Part shown: positions 12,400 through 25,093 of the stretch, in pieces
Numbering within the stretch: the first letter of the stretch is position 1
Layout: the number at the start of each line of letters is the position of its first letter
Assembly (NCBI GenBank): GCA_004764695.1
Contig: SMSO01000007.1
Location: 744,001 to 808,000, forward strand
Source of the DNA: Schizochytrium sp. TIO01
Taxonomy: Eukaryota; Protista; Bigyra: Labyrinthulomycetes
DNA length: 64,000 nt
Direction: 5' to 3'
The notes under the pieces: model-generated
Databases searched by the model: none
What the model was told of the DNA's origin: nothing
The model's input: only the letters and a program-made list of their open reading frames with translations
Translations under genes and position numbers: made by a program

Positions 12400-13290
12400 G
12401 AGATAAATCTTGATTATATAGTATCCTTAGCCCGAGCACCTCTCGCGACAGCAGCTATTCGCTTTAGTTTGTAGACTATACGCGGATCTCTCCTTCAATA
12501 TGAAATCGTTAGGTTCAAAGAGATTTCTGGTTTATCATAACGACCAACGGATGTTACTTACTACTCAGTGACCTCTGTTCTTCTTGAGTTAGTGAATATG
12601 AGATTCTCCAATTTACCACATATTCCCATGCATGATCAAGTTCTTGAGAGGACTGCGCATACCTCTCCGTCTTTCTCCAGGACTTTCCCTTTCGATTTGA
12701 TTAGGGTGTACGTCATACAGTTTCGTCTTGGTTTTTATATGTTCCGATCATTGTGACCATTTCCTTCAAGGTATAGTTGAAATTTAGCCATTCCGTACTT
12801 GGTGAAGTTTTTTTGGTTGTCGGACTTGTCCCTAGGTATGTTCCAAGCTCCTTGGAATCGAGTTGAGCTCTGTGTAGATCCCATAAGGTATGATTGTTGA
12901 AGCCTTAGCTTCTTTCATGGTTCGTATTTCTGCCATTGGCATCTTCATGGGTTCCTTCACCTTTTGCATATCCTTTTCCAAGGTTTTCTGGGTATCACTT
13001 TTCACCGTTTCCTGAGTGACTTCCATTTCAGACTCCAAGTCAGCTGAGTCTTAATCTCCGTCGTTGCTACCTATGTAGTCTTGGGCTTGTATCCTTGATC
13101 CTTGACCATTTTGGTGCTCTACTCTATCTGACTCAGTGAAGCTTGCTTTCAGACTCCGAGATTAGTTTCGACGCTCGCTCCCCTTTGCGTTTTGCTGGGG
13201 CCCATAGTCTATCGAGAGTTAGCGCTCATCTTGCTCACGCTGCTCTTCGGCCTCTGGACTGACGAACGCCACCTCTCGATAATTAGACAA
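12400..13290 (-). pseudogene. decayed coding frame, possibly a retroelement gag remnant
   Basis: One minus frame reads as hydrophilic/coiled-coil protein (EAEEQREQDER*...LESEMEVTQETVKSDTQKTLEKDMQKVKE) with scattered stops; lies next to the copia remnant. Confidence 0.3.
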
Positions 13291-13349
13291 TCTCCCAGTT
13301 GATAAGTATCAACTTTCAATGGGCATGCCCCTTTTAGATGTCTCATCTC

Positions 13350-16180
13350 CAAATTTGATGTGAAATCACTGATCACCCAAGATCACCTGGTCCTGCCAAT
13401 ACATATTCTGGCATAGAGATATATCGCAGAGCTACATTGAATAAATAATTTTTGTTGTATCTTTATTTTTTATTTCTTGCAGGACTTGAAATTTGGTCTG
13501 ATATACTTCAGCTAAAGATGCAAGAACTGGTCCAGCTTATCACAATTGCATTTGAGGTCTGTCACTCAAGTTTTCCAGAGCCAAGCGTACCATGTTGTAA
13601 GTTTTTTAAGGGACGTCATGGAGAGGAACCAGAAGAGAGGACCCAGGGAAACCTGATAAAATTTTCAAGTTTGCTGGCAAAGAAGACAACGAGTAGATTA
13701 AGGATATAATTAAATCATGGTTCGACTTTCTTCTATATGGAAGAAGGAGATTTCACCACAATGAAAATAATGATACTTACTTTCATCACCCCTCTACAAC
13801 ATTATTTACCTAACAATCTAGAACTCATAAAGAAGAAGCTCGTCCAAGATGAACAATTTATAGTGGAACTCATTCGCAAATGCTCCGATACACAGGTTAA
13901 GATCAAAGATAGCATTGGTCCAGCTTGATCGGATCCCGGCATTAAGAATAGGCTCCAAACGAATCAGCTTTATAAAACTTGGGAGAAGGAGCTTTAACCC
14001 AGTTAAGTTCGAAGTAAAGTTTGAACGTATCAAAATAATTAAAAAAAAAATCACTCTGGAGGAACAGAGTCGTACCATATCAAAACGGAACCTTTACAAA
14101 ACATAACTACTGCGGAAAGACAAATCATGAAACGCCAGACTGCTAATTCAATCTATAAAGTGCACAACTAGTAATAGAACGGGACACCGTTACAGTCAAT
14201 ATGCAAATAATCAAACCAACAAATGTGGGCATCAATGTAACAAACGTCGCAGACCTGAACAGGACAACGGTTTTAGTAACCAGTCGTTCTATGAAATAAT
14301 CCAACAGGGAAGAAACAAAGGCTAGATTCTGATAATCAACAAGGTAGGAAGAGATCCGGCGTTAGAAGTCAAGAGACTAGAAGGCGCATATGGTTTCATC
14401 ATCGATTTTGGATGCAACATGCATATGGCATCACATTTTTCAATATTATAAAACTCCGAGGTAGTGAAAACTATGCACATGAGTGCTGCACAAGGTTCTA
14501 GAGTACATGTATAGATTCTAGAATGATTTTCCAAGTACGAACTACATCCAATCGAATAAACCCCAAGTCTATTCCAATGCATTATGAACCAAATCTTTAA
14601 CACACCTTGTCATCAATATTTCAACTTACTAAGAATGGGTATTCGTTGCATCACACCCCTACGCACAGTTACATGGAGTCACGACATGGGAATTACATCA
14701 TGCTTAACCACGCCACGGATGTATTGATGTTCATACCAGCAAGAGAACCAAATGACACTTTCCTTTCCTTATGAGTAGTTAAAGGCTTACAACTACAAAA
14801 ATAAGGTTGGCTGGAAGCACATCTACGTTTTGGACATGCTTCTGCAGCCAGGATGACCAGTACAATAGGCGTACCAGAATCTGCAATGAAGTTTTTCTGT
14901 TTAGTTGGAATTTCGAACGAAGTTCTTTATCCAAAGAACCTCACAAAACGTATGCATATGGTCCCACAGCAAGCTGTTAGTGTTGATGTGATGAGACTAT
15001 TTCCAAAACCAGGATTACCAGGCAAATGCAACAAGAATGCAACTGTCTATCGCGATCTCTATTGAGATTATGCTCATTTATATTTTATGTAGTTTACGGA
15101 TGAAAGTATCGAACACATTAGCAAGCTTTAAAACTATGCTTGAGCAATGACGCACAGAAAGTCACTATTCGCACTGATGGAGTACATACTTCAAAGGAGG
15201 ATATTTTACTTCTCTATTAAGACAATTGCGCTGGCAACACATATTCTCTGCACGACATTCTCATGCGACAAATTCTGCAGAAGGGATCAATAGAGGACTT
15301 ATGAATAGGCTTAGATCCATCTAAAAACTGGAGGTCTAGATATGAAATACTGAACATTTACATTTGCACATACGGCATATATTCGCGATTCAACAGCCTC
15401 AAGTAGGATCAACAAGTCACCTGATGAAAGACGCCTTGGTGAGATCCCAGACTTTAGGCACTTCCACATTTTTGGAACGCCATGTATATTCAAGCCATTT
15501 TCAATCCCATCAAAACTACATTGCACGAGGACAATCAGGAACTTTTTTAAGATACGCTTCAATTCGCGCTTTCGGAACATAACATGTACATGATTCGGGG
15601 AAACTCCTACACGCCCGAAAACTTCAGATCTACAATCAACAACGTACAGAACGCGTGAGGAACTGATCCCTTATTTTCCACAATTATCTATTTGACGTTG
15701 TAATACGCCAGTAGACGCATGAAGATGCAAATAAACTGATATAAGGAGAGCCATTCCGAGCAGTGCAGACTAAGCGTTCTAATATTTTAGAAGTTGATAC
15801 GTACATACTAAATTTAACCAATAATCATTCTCATGACGCATACTTCAGACAATATTGACATCGGTCGACATGCAATTTCTCCGGATCATGAACTTTCCGA
15901 AAAGGCGACGCACGATACTAGCGAAGACAGTGCACATGAAAACATCCTTTCGTTTAGTGAGCTATCGGAAATCACCACTCACGATATTGATACTAAACAT
16001 ACTGAAAAGTCTAGGCTGTATCGTGATCATCCGGAAAAGTCCGATCACGAAAGTATAAATACTAGTGGTGATGAAATGTCCCAAAGTGAACATTCGGAAA
16101 TGACCATTCACCGGAGTTCTCAAGTTAGTACAGAATCGGCAAAAGATGGTGAGAACTTAAATACCTCAGTTTAATATATG
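13350..16180 (+). mobile_element. degenerate Ty1/copia LTR retrotransposon (gag - zinc knuckles - protease - integrase - SH3 - linker)
   Basis: Motifs in copia order with stops and frameshifts: NYCGKTNHETPDC and CTTSNRTGHRYSQY knuckles (~14104-14205); protease IIDFGCNMHM (~14398); pre-integrase HLRFGHAS (~14820); VSVDVM, IRTDG (~15167), NSAEGINRGLMNRLRS; KSPDERRLGEIPDFRHFHIFGTPC...SKL...ARGQSGTFLRY; acidic linker ORF 15833..16174. A PPT-like GGAGGGAA followed by TGTTG at 18295-18307 may mark a 3' LTR, but RT is not clearly readable. Confidence 0.85.
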
Positions 16181-19100
16181 TGAGGTGGAACACTAGTTCA
16201 GTGATCAATTAAGGCTTAGGAGTTTTGACTTATGCGTAAGAAACCTCCTGATCTCCATAAAATATTCTAGGTCTTCTGATATTTATGGTCCGTATATTGT
16301 TTATTCACGATGAAGCACTCTGGGGTTTACTCATAACTCATGGACATCATCCGAAGTTGGGGTCCCAACATATTCCCAACCATTGGATTGCTTTCAATTA
16401 ACTGCAACCTGAAGAGTTCTTGAAAATGGTTCCACTCTTCTGACTTTACGGCCTGGGAATGACCATGTCCAACACTGAAGCATTTCCTGATGCATGACAT
16501 ACGCTTAGAACCTTACAAGAAATATCCTAGAACTAGATTAGTGTTAGAACTACTTGATCTTCAAATTATCAATTTCAGCAATGCAGGGGGATCTTCGAGA
16601 ATTACCTTTTCAACGATTGCAAATTGAAATATCTATATCGTCTTCTTGATTTAAGTAACTCCATTGGGCCTATTTTGTTGCTGGTTGATTTCGTACCTAC
16701 ACTTTGCTATATTGAAATATATTGGTGGGGGCACATGGAGCAAATATGTGGGGTTTTGTACCATGAAACATGTTGTGACATGGTGATCCCATGTCGTACA
16801 GTCTAAGCCAAGGCGTGCTGTGCTGTTCAGGATTCTAGCAACACTAAAATAACAATTTAGAACCGACTGTAACTGACAATTGGAGGGGCGCGTGCACAAA
16901 GGGGAGCTCAAGTCCATAGGAATGCTCTGAAAGGCTAGGGATATTGGGACTTACTGAGGATAATATAAAGCATCTGATGGATGACTTGCAAAGTTCAGAC
17001 TGCGTGGTTGAAGAGGCTTAGACCAACACTGGTGATAATGTAGCTAGATGGAAACTTTGTAGTTAAGCCTCTGCGTGAAGATTCAGCCTCTTAGGATAGC
17101 CTAGATTAATGGATAAGTCAGTTATGATTAGCCAGTTGGAAACAAATTTCAGTCGCAAGGTCAGCAGAGTGATAATTCATCATATTATTCGACTCTTCAC
17201 CTTTTCAAAATTTAATCGAAGTTGCATGCAAATGTAGTGCTGAAAGAGCCCATAACACTCCTTTTAATAGCTCTGGGACGGTGAGGTATGCTTAAGAGAA
17301 TGCGTAAGCATCAGAATATATGAAGCCAAAGTATGCTCGCATGTGATATTATTGGAAGTTTGACAAACCACTTAAATATTGCTGTGAGGATGTTGATATA
17401 AGATCGAGTAGAGTTGCTCTCCTCACGTGCTATAGAAATTCAATACTTGTCAAACTAGATGTTGACTTAGATAGATGAGGATAAGAGACTTGAGCGCTTT
17501 ATGACAAGCTGTAAGAGCAGGAAGAATATTGATAAAGGAGTTTGTTATGCTTATGGGCTAGCAGTCGAATGACCTTGGAGTCGAATTAAAGAGCCTAGGC
17601 TGACCTCGTGCTAGGTACGTCTCGCTATAGGCGTAGTTATACCTTATGAATCTCATAAGGGTTTATATGCTTCCATGCAGATCTTCAGTCATTAATTTTG
17701 GACTTGGTCAGCCGTGCATCCAGTAGCACACCTTTAACCTTACTAGCAATGCATGCTGAAGATGCCAAGCAGCGGTATTTCCACTTTATTTGCTCCATAG
17801 ATGGTCTATCAAAGAGCTCATTTGATGACCATTCCTATTTCAATTCTGCAGAAAGTTCCGACTGAGGTTGTTGGTATGAAAAAATGGTTTAGAGACAATT
17901 CTTGAGGATTGCAATCGAAATTTTAGCCATGGGATTGAAAATTTTATGGAAACTAAATGCTGACTATCATTACTAGATTTGCAAGTAAGCTGCTCCATAC
18001 TATGCATATGTAAACCCGAGAAATCTGAAGTTCTGTCTGACATTTATATTGTATCTAGATCTGTTCATGTCAGCATGAAATAGCTTAGGTCCACGTTAAA
18101 CCATATACGACAATTTGAGTGGGCTACTTTGGCGTCAGCAAGTGGTTGAGATCCCTGTCATTATAAACGATGTCACGACTCATATCCTTAGCTATTCAAT
18201 GAACGAAGTAATATATTTCTAGAGCCCTTTCCAACAATTCTTAACATAGTTTTTGAAACTCTGTTGTTGAACTTTAGATTTCTAGGTAATGTTTGGAGGG
18301 AATGTTGAAATTCAGCACTGGTATCATGCAATTATGTTCTCTTGATTCTCAGCTTCTTTGCACTCCTAATTAAAGAATCTGCGAGCATTTCTTCTCTATC
18401 AGAGCATCATTTCATTCTGAGCCTTGAGGCTTATTACTAGTCTTTGAGTATTTTGAGTATTTTTGTATTTGTTTTATAGAATTGATGCTATAGAAAAGCT
18501 TTGAAGTTTCGTTAAGCGTTCTGACTCTGGAAATTTTGTCTCAGAATGAATTCCGGTCAATCTGAGTGATTAGTCGCCTTGGTCCATTTAGTATTTTAAA
18601 AGGATTGTTTGAGATTAGACTCTCACTATTTGATGGTGTTTATATACATGTTCAATTTTTCAGATGCCATGGCACTTAGGATGAGACAAAGATTTTCATT
18701 ATTTCTTACTGCCTTGTAGATTTTGCACGTGCCTGTAAACGAGAGATGTGTTTTGTCGTCAAGTTGTATTTTGATATTGTTGAAGCATATGAGAGACTTT
18801 AGCTGAAGTTGAAGAAGTAAAGCAACTCTGCGATGACAGGAGTTAGTGGTAGCCTGGTCTTCAAGGTGAAATAATAATCCTACTAGTAACCATCATGAAG
18901 GTCGATGTATTATTTTGTTTTATTTTTTTAGACATTCAAACAGGACAGGCAATAAAAAGGGATAAATACGTCACATGGATACTACATACTAGCTAACACT
19001 CTACTAAAGCAATGGTTGAAGTTAGTATTTTGTTGCATGAATAAATAAACTGCTTTCCAAGGGAAGCTCGAGTGACTCTGTGCCATTTAGAAGGTTTTCA

Positions 19101-19599
19101 TAGAGAAATGAAGCCTCATGCGCTTCACCTGACCATACCATTTCAAAGTAGCACTCCCGAAGAAAGTCTGCCAACGAGTGAGGGAGTTAGTATAGGTGAC
19201 TAGTTCAAACTGAGCAACCTGTAGGGAGGCTAGCTTTGCACCGAGAAGCTTTCGGTTTACCAGCTCTATCACAATATACAGCGTGTTTATTCAAGATGCG
19301 CTTCTGAGCATGAAACACTCAGGAGCAAATGTTGCTTAATTGGCCTGCTAATGAGAGGTTCTGAACAATTCCCTTCACTTGGTAAATATTCTTGTATATA
19401 ACTAAACTAGGAAAAAGCCCCATCCATGAGGAATGCATTTTTGCTTGAGTTTCACCCAAGAAAAAGGTTTTTTCCGGAGAAAGAAAGCCTGAGAGGGGAA
19501 TCGACCACCAGGACCTTGTAAGATTGTACCCATGGCAGTCCCACTGGCAAGTGGCAGTTCTGGAATTATAGTTCGTTTAATGCAAAGTATAACATTCAT

Positions 19600-20075
19600 A
19601 TTTGTGACGGGGAGCAAGAAGATATCCGATTGTGAATATTGTAGATTTGTATACAATTTTGGATCACTCCATTAGAGATGTCAAGCTTTCTCACGCCGTC
19701 TCAAGGTATGATTCGGTAAAACACGTTTGGTTTGTGGTTGAAAGCTACTCAAATGTTATTACATAACGATTTTTGGATGATGCCATCTTTTAATTGGCAG
19801 TGAATCTCATCGTTTACCTACTATCAATTGGGTTGGGTGTTAGGTTTGAACAGTTACCGATGGTGTTGATGTGCCTATAGACTCTGTGCTAAAAAACAAA
19901 CAATAGAGTGTACATAACCATCCGACATTTAAAGCGAGAAGGCCTAGTTGAACTTCAGTTTGTGCTGCATGTGCAGTCTCAGCTTAATTTCTTCGTCCAA
20001 AAGGGTTTTGCGAAGCTCAGCCCAAACATTGATTTTCTAGGCCAAACCATAGTTTCATTGTTGCATCACAGCTTG
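19600..20075 (+). mobile_element. degenerate Ty3/gypsy reverse transcriptase fragment
   Basis: One frame with stops: IVDLYTILDHSIRD ... FLDDAIF*L ... GVRFEQLPMVL ... VYI ... IDFLGQTI, collinear with gypsy RT motifs (VDYR.LN, LDL..AF.Q, FE...MP.GL, YxDD lost, FLGH.I). Confidence 0.45.
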
Positions 20076-22132
20076 CTTGTTTGAGTTAGAAGTCACAAAA
20101 TGCATGATAGGTAGTTACTTACTATTGCGAAGCTCGTAAAAAAATGCTTTACTGGAACGGAAGAGCATCCATCACGACTTCGAGAATCAGTGCGTCACGA
20201 CCAGTACAAACATCTCCACAGTTGTTCCCAGGCCAATTGTAGTGTAGTTTTCTTGTCATGAACTTCAAAAGTCTTAGCCGCTTGTTCTGAAACTAGTTTG
20301 CATGCGGGCCATCTACTCGATGCACTGATTCTGTCACTTGCAGCTGAGATTTAACCAAGTTTGCTACTAGCTGGTCCTATCTTGTTTCAGATTTTGATCT
20401 GACATGATGTTTTACTATCGTCAATCATTCATTCATTAAAGTATGGCTGTGTTGATAATATTAGAAAAGAAAGAAAAAAGAACAGGCGACAGCAGATCAT
20501 TTTTTCATATTAAACAAAAAAACACTAAAAAGAAAAGAAGAGTTAGCTTAATAATCAAATTGCATCAGTTTGTTTCATAAAATTTTATTAAAAAGAATTG
20601 AAAAACATTTTGTAAAAAAAGCAACAAGGAAAAAAGACATCAGTTTTCACAAAGTCTGTCCTTTTTGATATTCTACTAATCAAATTGTTTAGCAAAGTTG
20701 AATTTATTCACAGGCAGGTTCGTAAGTAAGGTATTATTATAGGCACTCAGAAGAAAAGAAAAGAAAAGAAAAGAAAAGAAAAGAGAGAAAAAGTTCTATT
20801 CATTCTGTTTTAAACCAAGAAAACATACGTTTTACTATACTTGAGAAAAATAAACAATCAAAACTAAAAAGAGAAAAAAGGAACCAAAACAACTCTGCTG
20901 AGAGTGGTGGGTCTTTTACAGTTACTTACAAGGGAAGGAAAGACAAAGGGAGGTCATCGGAGTATCCAAGGTAGACAGCCGAAGCGCCGAAGTGCCGAGA
21001 ACTCTGTTGTTTCCAGCTCTTCTTCTTCGCCATCACACCAAAAAGCTGTAACGGCGCTCAAGTTGCGAGCAATGGCACGTGCATGTCGAGGAACCCGTGA
21101 AACCCATCATACACGTCATCTCTGTGCTCCAAGCCAAGGTGCTGAGCTGGGATCGGGCATCAAACTCAGTGCACACGGGGAGCGGAGTTCGTTTGAGTTG
21201 AGTGCGTCGTGCGGCACGAAGCCAAGTTGATCGACGGCGAGTTGATCGATGCCAGCGACTCGTCGTGTCAACCGCCGTGGAGGGAGGGGGCCAAGGTTGG
21301 ATGGACTCCACGGTCTCGGCGGCCTTTGCGTTGGGGTCTTCGACGAACGGAGAGGACTCTCCTCGTGTCTTCCGCACACCGCGTTACGCCGTGGTGGTGG
21401 CACTCCGCCCACGTACCCGGCGGTACGAACGTGTGGATGGATTGGATGTTGAAGGTTGATGCCGCAAGTGGACAAGCAAAGGGCCCACGCGTTTTGCAGT
21501 CTCAGAGGCAGGCAGCTTGCCAAGGCAAAAGCAAAAGCCAAAGCCTCGAGCGCCGACGGCAATTGATGGCGAGGACTGCTCCAAATTGAGTCCACGCTGG
21601 TTCGTCTGATACGGTTTGTCTGTCGCGGATGGGCAAATTGGCCCTCGAAAATGCACCACGCTTGCTTGCCTGTAAGATGCCGTACCCGTTGAACAAGAAT
21701 GTGCACAGAGCCGCGAGGTTCGCCGGGGACAGCTTGCCCGTCGTGGAGCCCTCGATCGATAGCAGGCGCACCTTGGAAGCTAGCTGCTCATTCGAGCACT
21801 CGTCGGAGGCCTCGCGGCGGAGTCCACGGCATCGCAGCATGGCCAGGTGCCTCAACGACGCCTCGCCTTCAGTTGCAGTTCCACTCCTCGGGCGAGAGAG
21901 AGTCCGCGGAGGTCACGGTCATCGCTGCGATCCGCTCGGAAGAAGGCCTCGTACACAGAGCCTCGCGCTGCTCTAGTCATGAGCAGCTCGACGTTATTGG
22001 CGTCCACAAGGAGCGAGCTGGACCTCAAGCTGGATCTGGATTCCTTCTCTCGAGTCCTCATCCTCGTCATCGCCCTTCTCGTGAGGTAAGTATTGACCCT
22101 AAAATCTGATCAAATTAAAAATAAAAACTTTC

Positions 22133-22744
<612 letters not shown>

Positions 22745-23753
22745 GAAGCAAGAACAAGAAGAACAAGAAGAACAGGAAGAAGAACAAGAAAACCCACACT
22801 CTCACGAGCCCTCAGAGGCAGCAATAAGGCGAAGTCTGAAGTAGCTTGGCCAAGTACAAAGGTTCATGCCTAAACAAGAATCTCCCATCGCCCTGAGCGA
22901 GATATTAGACACCCTGTAGGACCGACGGCAGAGCCAGCGGGTCTATCTTCAAGTCAACCTTCCTGTGCTCGCTTTCCCACGAGCAATCATCATGGGTATC
23001 CATCCATCCATCCTGATGCCAGAATGGATGAATGAATCTCAATCCTTCGATGACTGTTGCAAATGCAAATATTATGATCATTATGATCATTATGATGCAA
23101 ATGATTAATTTATGATTACTGTATCCAAGGCGAGGAGAGGTCCGGAACAGGCCCGGCCAAAGCGCCTTCAAAGACCAAGGAGCCGCCTGCTCGGGCCCTC
23201 CCATGCGGTCCCTCAGGAGCTCGCTCGGCCGCAGAAGCTTTTGCTGCGCGGGGCTTCGCGTGCACAGCTTCTGCAGAGCGGATCTCCATCGCGAAGAAGC
23301 AAACTTGACGGGAACGAGTCTTCTTCGTCCTTCCGTCATTCATTCATTCCACAGAGAGAGCGGCAGCCAGATAGGTACCCTGGTAGGTACCGGGCGGTAC
23401 CCAGAGGAGTAGGACTCTGGCTAGCGATGGGGGTAGGACTCTGCCAATTCTGAGCAATCCACGGTTCACATTCATTCACTCGTTCATTCGTTGATTCATT
23501 CGTTCGCTGATTCATTGATGGATTCCGTCGTCGCTGATTGACGTGTCGTTTGCCGCCTGAAAGGATCGGAAGCTTGGGTCCTGGAGCAGCGAGTGGAGGG
23601 CCGACAGAGAGCCTGAGAGTCTGGAGGAGCTCTGGGCGGTGCTGGGTAGGCAGGAAGGACGTACGCACGAAGATCTTTCTTGCTCGCGAGAAATCCAAGT
23701 TTGTCCGATACGTTCTGATTGATTGCCTAACGCCTCGAAACGACCTGAAACCA

Positions 23754-23755
23754 TT

Positions 23756-23835
<80 letters not shown>

Positions 23836-23930
23836 TTTCTTTCTTTTTCTTTCTTTCTTCTTTCTTTCTTTCTTTCTCTTTCTTCTTTCTTTCTTTCTTT
23901 CTTTCTTTCTCTTTCTTTCTTTCTTTCTTT

Positions 23931-23963
<33 letters not shown>

Positions 23964-23989
23964 TTCTTCTTTTTTTCTTTCTTTCTTCT

Positions 23990-24034
<45 letters not shown>

Positions 24035-24064
24035 TTTCTTTCTTTCTTTCTTTCTTTCTTCTTT

Positions 24065-24095
<31 letters not shown>

Positions 24096-24192
24096 TTTCT
24101 TTTCTTTCTTTCTTCTTCTTCTTTCTTTCTTTCTTTCTTCTTTCTTTCTTTCTTTCTTTCTTTTCTTTCTTTCTTTCTTTTTCTTTCTTTCT

Positions 24193-24233
<41 letters not shown>

Positions 24234-24234
24234 T

Positions 24235-24271
<37 letters not shown>

Positions 24272-24500
24272 TTTCTTTCTTTCTTCTTTCTTCTTCTTTC
24301 TTTCTTTCTTTCTTTCTTTTTCTTTCTTCTTTCTTTCTTTCTCTTTCTTTCTTTCTTCTTTCTTCTTTCTTCTTTCTTTCTTTCTTTCTTTCTTTCTTCT
24401 TCTTCTTCTTTCTTTCTTCTTTCTTTCTTTCTTCTTTCTTTCTTTCTTCTTCTTTCTTTCTTTCTTTCTTTCTTTCTTCTTTCTTTCTTTCTTTCTTTCT

Positions 24501-24552
<52 letters not shown>

Positions 24553-24606
24553 TTTTCTTCTTCTTTCTTTCTTTCTTCTTTCTTCTTTCTTTCTTTCTTT
24601 CTTTCT

Positions 24607-24647
<41 letters not shown>

Positions 24648-24664
24648 TTTCTTTCTTTCTTTCT

Positions 24665-24729
<65 letters not shown>
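23754..24729. repeat. ~975-bp polypyrimidine (TTTC)n/(TTC)n tract
   Basis: Only T and C on the + strand; mixed TTTC/TTC units. Confidence 0.98.
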
Positions 24730-25060
24730 AAAGTTTCTGTCCCAATTCCTTTTTAATTTTTTTAATTTTTAAATTTAATTTTTGTTGAGACATGGAGAAG
24801 AAGAAGAAATATATTTGAACACGAAACCCTTTCTGTTTTTCTTTTGAGATGGCAGCTTTTGCAGTTTGACCTTCGCATGATTCCATACGTATTATTTGAG
24901 AATCAGTTTTGTGTATGTATGTATTTGATTTTAAAAAGAAAAGAAAAAGAGAGCGCATCAGAGGTAGGTAAATAACCCTGCTACTAGTCTAGCTAGGTAA
25001 AGAGGAGGATCATTCTTTAAATTAAAGAAGAGGAGGAGGGAAGAGAAGACCTCTCTAAAC

Positions 25061-25093
<33 letters not shown>

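Noticed and set aside
16200-18290. Possible RT/RNase H (+) or gypsy integrase (-) traces
   Set aside because: Motifs too eroded and conflicting between strands to call
18295-18410. PPT+TGTTG and PBS-like TGGTATCA/TATCAGAGC as LTR boundaries
   Set aside because: No matching second LTR or target-site duplication found by eye, so no LTR is annotated
21195-21270. RVAGIDQLAVDQLGFVP resembles the IstB/DnaC Walker B region
   Set aside because: No Walker A or transposase nearby; eukaryotic context; likely coincidence
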